Shown piece by piece: positions 1 to 12,500 of a stretch of 64,000 nt of DNA. The stretch covers positions 1 to 64,000 of the forward strand of contig NIVC01002544.1 of NCBI GenBank assembly GCA_002269645.1, read 5' to 3'. The notes beneath the pieces are model-generated. The model saw only the letters and a list, made by a program, of their open reading frames with translations, made no database searches and was not told where the DNA came from. How positions within the stretch are numbered: the stretch's first letter is position 1; the number at the start of each line of letters is the position of its first letter. Made by a program: the position numbers and the translations under genes. This DNA comes from Macrostomum lignano. Lineage: Eukaryota.

Positions 1-247
1 TGCGTGGGCTGCAGAGGAGAGTTTCGAACGTTCCTAAGCGAAAGTTTTGCTCCTTGCGGTGGTGCAAGGCAGAGAGAGGCTGCAGGCCTCCCGGGGGTCA
101 AAGCGGAATTCTGGGACTGCTTGAATGGATGGCATTCGCTAAAGCCTGCTTCAGGTCCAACATTTTGTGTGAACGCGCCCAACCCCTCCTTTGGTACTCC
201 CGACCTTCCTTTCAGCCCCTCTGCTTCCATTGCGGAGGATCGGCCGT

Positions 248-253
248 TATAAA
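248..253 (+). promoter_or_regulatory. Candidate TATA box of tropomyosin
   Basis: TATAAA about 185 nt upstream of the ATG; supported by position only. Confidence 0.35.
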
Positions 254-434
254 ATGCTGCATCCACAGGAACGGCAGTTGGCCCTCTCTACCTCTCAGTC
301 TCCTGCAGTCGCTCCTGAAGCCCGTCTGTTCATCTCAGCCTTCGGATTGCATTTCAGCATTTTCGTTCGGGTCTTCGAGAATCAACTCGTTTTTGTTTTA
401 ATTTATTCGACTAATTGAAAAAGTTTAACAAGAG

Positions 435-500
435 ATGGACGCCATCAAGAAGAAGATGCTGGTGATGAAGCTAGAGAAGGAGAATGCCGTTGACGCGTAC
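435..500 (+). CDS. TPM: Tropomyosin exon 1a
   Basis: [21 protein letters not shown]; donor ambiguous (GTACGT at 497 or GTGGTT at 501). Confidence 0.9.
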
Positions 501-3500
501 GTGGTTTGAATATTATGTTTTGCTTTTGAATCGTTTCCACCAAGACGCTATGATGAACAACTGTATTTTATTTACAAAATCATTCCAGGGCGACCAGCTG
601 GAGACCAAGCTGAAGGAGAAGGAGGCTGAGATGGCCAAGAAGGAAGAGGAGATGGGCGAGATGCAGAAGAAGTTCCAGCAGCTGCAGCAGGATCTCGACA
701 CCGCCCAGGAGTCCTCACACACCAACACCAATTTGGAGGGAACAGAGAAGCGAGCCAGCGATGTAAGTCCATTATATGTATAATCATTTTTGTGATGTTA
801 AAGCCTTTTACCAGTGGCAAAACCAAAACTAATTAGCTCATGCATGTCAAGGACTACTTAGAAGGACTGAACACTCCAAAATCGTGGAAAATTTTTTGAA
901 GGCCAAATTTTGCAATTGTGTCATGTCTTGAACGGATTGATGAATCGGGCAGATTTCTGTGCTCTTTCGATTGCTGCATGGTCTTCTATTTATTCCCCTC
1001 AGAATACGAAAGAATTGACTTTTTAGTACAGTACCCCGTAGATTGCATGCCTTTCAATGCAAAATCTTGACTTCTTTTTGGCAGTGGAAAGCAACACACA
1101 CCACGTTTATTAACCAGTAAAGAAGTAATGCTCATAGTCAGTTCAATTAGCTAACCTTTTGACCTCTGACTTCGAGTCAGTGTAAGAAACAAGATGATTT
1201 TAAGGTCAGTTTTTGTGACAAAGAAGGGAACAAAAAGTAGTATATTTATGGAAGGCAATTGGAAACAAATGAATGTTGAAAAATGTAAAAACAAAGAACA
1301 TAAACTCATTGTAAACATAACCGGAAACAATTGCATTTCATAGATCAGTAAAAATAATATTGCTTGAAAAAAACATCAAACACAACGAATTCGAACGAAA
1401 ATGAATACACAGAAGCATAAAATGCAGTATCGTACGTACACTGATTAGGCAGATTACAAAACTTAAAGAACAGACTGCTTTGAAGAATATATTTACCTAT
1501 TCAGGGATTCTGTCACAACTGGGACTGGGCCACCATAATCCCATCCCACCTTAAATTTTAGTCTCAACGAGTGGAACTCCTCGTAACACTAAACGTATAG
1601 TAATACTCAGTTTGCACTCAAGAAACTCAATTCAACGCAATAAATAGACGTTATAAAACACCAGAAAAGTCATTTATATAGTAAAAAATAATGTTTTCCT
1701 GTCAAATTCATCCTCTATTATTCACTTATATACATGTGGAGTTGCTATCATATGAAAAAAATCGCTAAGCATAGCATCGTGAATTTACCCATCAAAAATT
1801 ATCCACTATTCCGCGAGAGTTACGTCCTGTGTAACGAAGTGACTTCAGAGGTCCTTGATGCATGTACATGCAAAATGATCCGGATTTTTATAGGCTTAAC
1901 CAGACGTTCGAATCGGGACATATAATTTAGTCATCAAGAAATATTGTTTCCCTACGTTAAAATTTGTGTCTTTAGGGCTTATGGGGGATGGCCCAGAATG
2001 AAAATGTAATACAAGAATCAGAGTTCGACAATTCTAAATGAGTTAAGTAGTTTACCAGACGTTCATCAATATTATATCAGAAATTACTGAGGTGTACATA
2101 TGCATTCAAGACGGCAAAAAGTGAACAAAATGCAAAATAATGAAATTGCTAGTAACTGTACCCTGGCATCTCGCGTAAGGCGTATTAAAGAAGTACCCAT
2201 TGCTAATAGACATCCATCGACGTCGGGTACGTCGGTGGAAGTCCAATTTTTTTACGGGGAAGTAATAGGACGGAAATATAAAAATCTGCTACGGAGTTCA
2301 GATGAGCGATATTGGGTGCAAGTTCCATCCATTTAGTTTTACGCTTTGAAATTTGAATTAACAAACCAATATTTATAAAGGTGCTTGTATGCACATTTAA
2401 AAAATCTTTCAAAAATTCTTAAAACGAATAATATAACTTGGTCGATTCATGTCATTCTAACTGCTACTTAATGGCTTTAAAAGCCACTAAAGGTTGTTTT
2501 TTTGTTTTAAAGGCACTAAAAAATTTTCAAGCATTAAAATATTCCTAGAAACTGCGGAACAAGAATCAGCAATAAAAAAGTAGTAAAGAACGTTCTTTCC
2601 TAAATAATTATCCTTCTAAAACTTTCTTTATATAGTTATATAGCTTTGTGCTTATTTTAGCTATATCAGTTACAATGACGACAAACAATAAGGAATCTGT
2701 TCTAGCTTCACTGAAGCAGAGAATGCAGGCACTGAAAAATGATCTGGATTCTGTTCAGGATGAACTTTCTACCAAAGGTGCTGAGCTAGAAAACGAAAAG
2801 AATCTGCGCACTCAGGTACTCTAAATATTTAATATTTACTGCAGAATTTTCTAGTACCAATTCTGCAATTTTTTTGTTTTAAAATTTAACTAAATTCTAA
2901 AACAGCAATTAGCAAGTATGCCTAATTGCTGATAACAAGACATTTTACATTTATTAGATAGCAATATTTTAATGTGGCAGTGCTTACGCTGGTCAAATAA
3001 GCTCGCTGGTACTATTCAATGAGTTGGTCACTATTTAGCTAGCATCTTACTCTTAGTATATAATAAAGTGCCCTAGGTTGGATACCAATATTCTAAATAT
3101 AACAGATATAGTGGCAAAGCTAGGATTTTGAAAAGGGGGTTACTTTAAGGGACAAAGTTTTAGACTGATTCAATAGTTTTTTTGCAATTTATGCTTAAAA
3201 TATACATTTAAGAAGGTACAAAAACCATGTTTTTAGGCTAAAAAACTTTACTTTGTTGAAATCAAAATAAAGCCAGCAGATATCTGTCTTGACTAAGGTA
3301 TTTTAGCCTTTAAAAACTAGGGTAGGGATTTGCTGAAATATCATTTAAAACATTTTATTAGTAATTTACAAGTGAAATGGGCCAATTTTTGGGAATTTTG
3401 CTAAGTCTAAGCCACTGTATTTTGCATTTTTTTATCAAAAAACCTCATTTTTGTTTCTTATAACTCATCAAGATGGGGTGATATATTCTTATATCCCCCC

Positions 3501-6334
3501 TGGCTCACTACTGCATAGATATCTAGACATCAATATAAATATATTGAATTCAAACTGATTAAAAATTGGTGCCAAAAATTCAACTCATTTTAGTGCTACC
3601 TATATTAAGAGATATAATCATTTTTTTGAAAAAAATGATATACCATAAAAAATCTGTTTTTATGAATTAAAAGTTGTGATTTTTTAAAACAAAAATGCAA
3701 ATAGTTTACTTTTGTTGTTTTATGAGGGGTGCTTATTAAGTTCCTAGAAAATGCAGCTTAAAATAGAAAATGTGCCTCCTTGCCATAGCTGACTTAATGT
3801 GATAGGCAAGTGGCAATACAAGTCCAGTTTTGGCTAGGCAGCTTAGCTGCCACCTGCCTTTAGATGAATTAAATATCTTAACAGTAAAACTAGGAAGAAA
3901 ATTCCCCCCCCCACCTGTCAATTTTTTGCTACACTGGAACAGAGCAATATAGGCACACAAAATTCAAGAACATGGGCTAACTTTTTGTCGCACACCTTCT
4001 CAATCTTATCATTATTGAAGCTTGATAAGAAAAACCTGACATAGTTGCAAAAGGATGTCCATAGTCACCTATTGAAGGCGCCAATGGGGTCCAAGTGATG
4101 GCTAAATGCTCGTGAGACTAGCTGAAAGTGTCCAGAAATTAAGGCTTGCCCACTGTCAAGTCTTGATTGGTGAAACTCTAGAAATTTGCATCAGGGTGTT
4201 CATAGTCACCTAGTGTCATCTGTTGAAGGTGCCAACGGCATCCAGGTGAAGACTAACTACTTGAGAGACCAGCTGAGGATACCTAGTAGTTGAGGCTTAC
4301 CCACTGTCAAGGTTTGATCAGCAAAACTAGAGAAATTAGTATCAGGATGTTCATAGTCACCTGGTGCCACCTGTTGAAGGTCTAGAAGCTTTGTCTCGGT
4401 GAAGGCCAGTGACCAACAAAGTCAGAGCTGATGCAGACACATGTGGTCAATGTGCTGATAAAATTTGGAGACTTAAAAAAGCTGCACTTTGGCACACAGG
4501 GGTGTACTGAATACACTGGTGCTTATGGGATAATCCAACCTTCTGGCAGAATAGTTGAATATCTCAACAGTCTGGAGGGCTGGCGACTTGATTCTTGTTT
4601 GAGAAGGTGTGCAACAAAAATTTAGCCTATGTTCTTGAATTTTGTGTGCCTGCGTTGCTCCATTCTGGTGCAGCAAAAAATTGTCAAAAAGGGGGGAATC
4701 CCCCCCCCCCTATTGGTAGTTTGATAGGCAGAAAAATCCTACTGTTAATGGTGGAAACCTCACTTACTATGCAATGTTTGAAACAGCTTAATTGTAACAT
4801 TTTGCCTAAAAATTAATGCATTTCCATTAAATTTAATGTATTTGTGATTTCATATTTATATACTTTAGGCCAGGGAGTTGGCATAGTAGGATCAGTTCAT
4901 TTGTAAAGACTTGACACATTTTATAAAGCTCACAAATAAGCCAGTTTCCATGCCAATCATTGAAGCAACTGCAAATTTTGATTTAAATACTATTGTGTAA
5001 AAAATGCAGTCTTACCATACATATGTTGTAAATTAGCTTTCCAAATTTCAATCCACTCTAGTCATATTTGTTCTCTTATTTAAAAACTGATCTAGAATGC
5101 TTTATTGCTTCTATAAGTCTATGAAATCAAGACTTCAATTCAATGATTTTTTGTCTTTGTCAAAGCTGTGAATATCTAAGATTTACTTAGAGATTAAGAT
5201 GTGTATAAGATATATAAGATATTTTTACTGAATTTTATTCCGATACAGTATGAACTTTTATTCAATGCCCTTATTATTAATCTGAATGGAATTTTGCTGG
5301 GTATAATGTAACTAGCATCTTATAATCTTGCTCATTTTTCCCTGTCTCAAGGCCGAGGCGGAGGTGCAGGCCCTGACCCGGCGCATCCGCCTGATTGAGG
5401 AGGACCTGGAGCAGACTGAGGGCCGCCTGCAGGAGGCCACGCAGAAGCTGGAGGAGGCCAGCAAGGCAGCTGACGAGAGCGAGCGGTGAGCTGATTAGTT
5501 AATCAATACTTGCCAGTCGTTATGTCCTTACTACACTACTGAACAGGAATAAGTAGTATTTTTTAGCTTTTCATGACTATTTTATATTCGCATGCCCATC
5601 GCGTGCCGTGCTTTTCGATTTCAGAGGATGACAGAATTCAAAGTTCCCGTTGTACTTTTATTTAAATAATTGATTTCTGCTCTCTATTAGATCCCGCAAA
5701 GTGCTGGAGAGTCGCCAGAACGAGGACGAAGCCAGGCTGAGCTCGCTGGACCAGATGGTCAAGGAGGCCACGGATGCGGCCAAAGAAGCTGAGAAAAGAT
5801 ACGAAGAGGTACAGAGAGGGCTTGATGGTATCCGTAAGATGCTTTTTATTTAGGCTCCGGATTTTGTGGGCCTAGTCTGTGGGAGTTGTTTTTGCCAGCA
5901 GGAAACACAGCAATTCATCAGTGTTGTTGGTAAAACGCTTAACTTCATGTTGTTTTTATTTTGTAGATGAAGTCATTCTGATAACCAAATTTCTGTAAAC
6001 TTGTTCATTTTTTGGAACGTTTATCAACTTGCTAAATTATTTGGGTCATTCGCGTTTGTCCGGTGCTACTATTGACCATTTTTTCCTTTAAACATTCATT
6101 CGCTTTTATATCCGATATACTCGTATGCTATCGAATATTCAGTATGTTTAGTTAAACATGCTTGATAGATAAATAGATTGATAGCAATAAACAAGACAGA
6201 CTGACAAACAGACACTAAGACAGACAGACACTAAGACAGATAGGCAGACAGACAGACAGATAGGCAGACAGACAGACAGACAGAGTCGACAGACACAAAG
6301 ACAGACAGACAGACAGATAGGCAGACAGACACAA

Positions 6335-6371
<37 letters not shown>

Positions 6372-6396
6372 GGCAGACAGACAGATAGGCAGACAA

Positions 6397-6428
<32 letters not shown>

Positions 6429-6458
6429 GCAGACAGACAGACAGACAGACAGACAGGC

Positions 6459-6503
<45 letters not shown>

Positions 6504-6530
6504 CAAAGACAGACAGACAGACAGACACAA

Positions 6531-6589
<59 letters not shown>

Positions 6590-9500
6590 ACACACTGACG
6601 GAACCGCTGTCGCTGCCGCAGAGGCCGCAAGGTGCTGGAGACCCGCTCCATCGCTGACGAGGAGCGCGTCAACACACTGGAGGAGCAGCTCAAGGAGGCG
6701 AAGTTCATCGCAGAGGACGCGGACCGCAAATATGATGAGGCAGCCAGGAAGCTGGCCATCACCGAGGTGGACCTCGAGCGGGCCGAGTCCCGCCTGGAGG
6801 CGGCTGAAAGGTGCCCTTGGCATGCCCTGCGTGTCCCATTGAAGTGTTTTCAGTTTTTTTTTATGACTGCATTTAAATCTTCGTCCTGTTGTGAATGTTT
6901 TTGTCCAGAGACCTGTTCCAGGATATTTTGAGTTCTCAAAAACAAATTAGAGAATTTATAATAACTATTTACTAATTGCCCGTCTTGCTTGTATTTTCAT
7001 GCTCGATTTCTATTTATGAACTGCAGATTTAAACTGTTATGATCCCAGTGCGAATATAAATCCTAAACTGACACTTGTGATCCCGATTTGAAAGTTAAAA
7101 TCCCAACCTGGCGGCTGAAATCCTAATGTGACAACAATTATCCCAACCTGTCAGCTAAAATCCCAACCTGTCAGCTAAAATCCCAATCTGACAGCTAAAA
7201 TCCAAACGTGGCGGCTAAAATCCCAATCTGACAGCTAAAATCCCAATCTGACAGCTAAAATCCCAACCTGGCGGCTAAAATCCCAATCTGACAGCTAAAA
7301 TCCCAATCTGACAGCTAAAATCCCAATCTGACAGCTAAAATCCCAACCTGGCGGCTAAAATCCCAATCTGACAGCTAAAATCCCAATCTGACAGCTAAAA
7401 TCCCAATCTGACAGCTAAAATCCCAACCTGGCGGCTAAAATCCCAATCTGACAACTAAAATCCCAGTATGAAGTCAGAAACGTTTTTTAAAGTTTTTCGA
7501 AATGCTTTTCGAGTTTTTTGGCATTAACGTTTTTTAAACAAGAGTCTTGCTTTTGCTTGTCGGGAATTGCTGTGTTTTTTAGAGAGCTAGAAGATAGAAC
7601 TAAGTAGAAGCATGAAGCTGTTCGGGTGCCAAGAACTATAGTGCCAGTGAATTTGAGTTGGTTTAAAAATTGTAATTATTAGGAGTGTAATCCTTATTCT
7701 AGCGTTATCCTCTAACTCCGGCTTAGATGGGAGTTTTACTTCCCAGTACTGGCACATAAATAGTTTTAAATATAGCTGGCAGGGTATATATTTATTTGTT
7801 GTTACTAACCGCCTACCTGGGGGCCATGTCGTCATCAGGTCAACCGGAAGCTGCTTCTGACCGAAGCCCAGCTGGACAGGGCGGAACAGAGGGCCGAGGC
7901 CGCTGAGCGCAAAGTCAAGGATCTGTCGGACGAGCTGCACTCTGTCGCTAACAGTCTAAAATCGCTTGAGCAGAGGGATGCCAAGGTTCTTAGTTTACCT
8001 TTTTGGTTATTTTTAAGCGCCCATCATATTCATTATTCACGTTAACGATTCGATTATTTTATAATTTTATGTTTTTAACGCCATAAAGAATTTATGGAGG
8101 TTTAGTCAGTATTCACTACTCACAAGTAGCTAATTATTGTACAATAGGAAAAGTCTGTGTTTGCACGCTTGCGCATGGCATGGTTCAAGCGAATAAATTA
8201 ATCTGTCTATTTGTATGAACAATTACTATAAAGTTGCAATTGAAATCAACGATAAAGAAACTGTGCACTGAAAATGCAGCAAAATCCTGGAACTGGAAGA
8301 GGAGCTGCGCGTTGTTGGCAGCAACATGAAATCGTTGGAGATCTCCGAGCAGGAGGCGGCCCAGCGCGAGGAGTCTTACGAGGAAACTATCCGAGATCTC
8401 TCCGAGCGTCTCAAGGCTGTAAGGGCTTAGATTGAATTGGATTTGCAATTAGATTGCAGTATGCCATAGTTGAACTACAATAAAAAGATAAGTCAATTAG
8501 TTCAAAGCATTTTAAATTAATATTGGAGGAAATTAACGGTGTGTCTAGACTGTAAAATGTGCTGGAGGGGCAGGTGTGAGTACGTAGAAAAGTTTAGCGG
8601 GCTCTGGCTCTTATCTAGATTGACTAGCTAGAACGGGGTGGGTGTTGGAGGGGTAGGAAAGTTTAGCGGGCTCTGGCTCTTATCTAGATTGACTAGCTAG
8701 AACGGGGTGGGTGTCGGAGGGGTAGGAAAGTTTAGCGGGCTCTGGCTCTTATCTAGATTGACTAGCTAGAACGGGGTGGGTGTCGGAGGGGTAGGAAAGT
8801 TTAGCGGGCTCTGGCTCTTATCTAGATTGACTAGCTAGAATGGGGTGGGTGTCAGGGGGGGGTAGAAAAGTTTAGAGGGCTCCTGCTTTTATCTCGGTTG
8901 ACTAAGCTAGAATGGGGTGGGTGTCGGAGGGGTAGGAAAGTTTAGCTGGCTGGCTGAATTTTTTATATTGGCAGGCTAGAGTGAGTGGTTTAGCTAGAGT
9001 GGCTCTGGATTGAGGTGGGTGTCGAACGGGTTAGGTTCTAGATTATAGTTTATGCTACAAGGAGGCGATTTCGCTCAGTAATACGAAACTTATGTCGCAT
9101 ATTTTCATAGCCGCCAAAGCAGTCGTAAGCAAAACCAGTATTTTAGAAGAAACAGTCTCCAAAGCCTCGTCGTGTCGTTCTTCGTCGACTTGCATCGCAT
9201 ATTACTGTAATTAACACACCGAGTGCCGTGCCCTCTTGTATAATTTGCAAAAATCCAAGCATTGCTTCTTTGAAACTTGAAGACCAAAGTTCAGTTCAGT
9301 TTGAACTATGCCTGCGTTTTATGCGTTCACTTAGGGGGGGAGGGGTATTGAGTAAGAGTAGTTTGAAGCATGGCGTTTTTCATTACTTTATATTTACAAA
9401 CTTTATGATTTTCATTATGATTTTTTGTAATTGTTAACATCTTTTAAATATTGTAATCTCTTGTGCATGCCAGTTTGCTGTTCAGACATTCTGGTGACTG

Positions 9501-12500
9501 ACTCCATCCCTACCAACCAATCTTCAAACCAGCTCCATCTCCTATTCTCCATTCTCTCTAGTCTCTACCCCATCCCTCTTGCCGCATCATTTCTATCTTA
9601 GTCTGCATGCCCTTGATCGCGAACAGTCGCCCATTAGTTCAACTAACTGCCTGCCCATCTTTGCAGTCTGCATCCAGAGAGGAGTCGTACGAGACTCAGA
9701 TTAAGAGCCTGACCCGCCGGCTTGCCGAGGTAAATATTAATTTATATCTCCGTGAAATACTTGTTTTAACTGGGCCGCATGCTTTGTTCTGAGTCCAGAT
9801 TAGTGCACGAGTATGCTTGCTGTGACTGTTGCTCCTGTTGCTCCTGCTTGCCCAACAATTTTTTTAACCTAATAACATGTGACGACACGACTGGCTGAAG
9901 TTGAGGAAGCAACGGTGGAGTAGCGGCCAAATCGAATTTGGTTTTTCAATGGGAGTTTCGCTGGATCGCCTCTTTTATATTTGCTTCTAAAAATGATAGT
10001 GTTATTCAATTCACTCTACTAAGAAGAGTAGTTCTATTCCAATTTAAAGCTTTACCTGGTTTTTTTTAAATACAGAGATAAATATGACTTTAGGTAGGCT
10101 GTTAAATTGCGTGCATTCTGTCCAGCAGCTCCCAAACTGCATCGCAAACAGTCACCCATAGATGGATCAAGAATTGCCCATTGACAGATCTAGAATCACC
10201 CATAGATAGATCAAGAATTATCCATAGAAAGCTTAAGAATTACGCTCAGACAAAATCAGAATCACCCATAGGCAGATTGAGAATCACCCATAGGCAGATT
10301 CATGCTTGGGCGCAACCTTTGGATTCACTCGGCCGTTTCTATTGGCAACACACACGTATGTCGCTATTGGACAGAATAGTAGTCACGTGACTGCTCTCAG
10401 CCAATAGCGACTTACATGTGTGTGTTGCCAATAGAAACGGCCGGGTGATTCCCAAGGTTGCGCATGTATGGGCAGATTGAAAGTCACCCATAGGCAGATT
10501 GAGTCACCCATAGGCAGATTGAGAGTCACCCATAGACAGCTATTGAGAATCACCTATAGGTAGATTGAGAATCGCCCATAGACAGCTATTGAGAATCACC
10601 CATAGACAGATTGAGAATCACCCATAGACAGATTGAGAATCACCCATAGACAGCTATTGAGAATCACCCATAGACAGCTATTGAGAATCACCTATAGGCA
10701 GATTGAGAATCACCCATAGACAGCTATTGAGAATCACCCATAGACAGCTATTGAGAATCACCCATAGACAGCTATTGAGAATCACCCATAGACAGCTATT
10801 GAGAATCACCCATAGACAGCTATTGAGAATCACCCATAGACAGCTATTGAGAATCACCCATAGACAGCTATTGAGAATCACCCATAGACAGCTATTGAGA
10901 ATCACCCATAGACAGCTATTGAGAATCACCCATAGACAGCTATTGAGAATCACTCATAGACAGCTATTGAGAATCACTCATAGACAGCTATTGAGAATCA
11001 CCCATAGACAGCTATTGAGAATCACCCATAGACAGCTATTGAGAATCACCCATAGACAGCTATTGAGAATCACCTATAGGCAGATTGAGAATCACCCATA
11101 GACAGCTATTGAGAATCACCCATAGACAGCTATTGAGAATCACCCATAGACAGCTATTGAGAATCACTCATAGACAGCTATTGAGAATCACCCATAGACA
11201 GCTATTGAGAATCACCCATAGACAGCTATTGAGAATCACCTATAGGCAGATTGAGAATCACCCATAGACAGCTATTGAGAATCACCCATAGACAGCTATT
11301 GAGAATCACCTATAGGCAGATTGAGAATCACCCATAGACAGCTATTGAGAATCACCCATAGGCAGATTGAGAGTCACCCATAGACAGCTATATTATCTTA
11401 GGACACGAATAATTTAACAAGTATGCACTTTGGGATGTTGCTAAGGCAAAATACACGCAATTCGAGCAGACAGTAAGTACATTGAATTCTCTGACTAAAT
11501 CCGGACACAATCGTCACCCCCGATCGTGAGCTCAGGCTGAGCAGCGCGCTCAGGAGGCCGAGAGGCAGGTGTCCAAGCTGCAAAGCGAAGTGGACAGGCT
11601 GGAGGGTATGTTACAGTATCTGTCATTGCTCACTGCGGTGCGGCCTCTCCGCTATGAGCATCGGCCGAGAAACGAACCGGACCTTTTGCCGCGGATGTTC
11701 TATTGCTCTGATTTTGTCAGCCCCAAATCTGTTTGCCTGTCCGTGTCTTGTCTGCCGTGTGGTTTTCAGTTCAGTTTGACGTGACCAGAACAAAGCATGC
11801 CGGCTATTAACAGAGTTTAGCAATAGCGCATGTGAATTTTATGAATAAGTTCTCGCTTTTTGTAAGGCTGAGGACCGAGCTGAGAAAGCGGAGCGCGAGT
11901 CTGTTAAGCACCAGAAGGAGCTCGACAAGGCTGAGGGTGAGCAACTGCTTATTGATTCTCAGTTTGTGTTTGCAGTAGGGATGATGGAGTACAAGTGAGA
12001 TGCAAGGGAGAGATTTGAGATTCAGTTGTAGAAGAAGGCACAGTGTAGAAGGGGGGCACATAGGGGAGAAGGGGGTCACAGAGGGGAGAAGGGGGACACA
12101 GAGGAGAAGGGAGACAGGGGGAGAAGGAGGCACAGACAGGAGAAGGGGACACAGACAGGAGAAGGGAGACAGACAGGAGAAGGAGGCACAGACAGGAGAA
12201 GGGGGACACAGACAGGAGAAGGGAGACAGACAGGAGAAGGGGACACAGACAGGAGAAGGGGACACAGACCGAGTGGCGTCAACGTTTCCCCCATTCGCTC
12301 CGCAGAGCGCCTCCTGGAGGAGAAGCAGCGCAACGCCAGCCTCAAGCAGGAGATGGACAGCATGCTTGGCGAGTTCCAGAAGATCTAAAAGAGAATGGGA
12401 GACCCAGAGAGCTCCGTAGCAATAGAATGAGTTTACTGTTACAGAACACTGAAACCGTGGACCCAGCTGCTTGGGCACCCAAGTTTATTTATATATTTAT

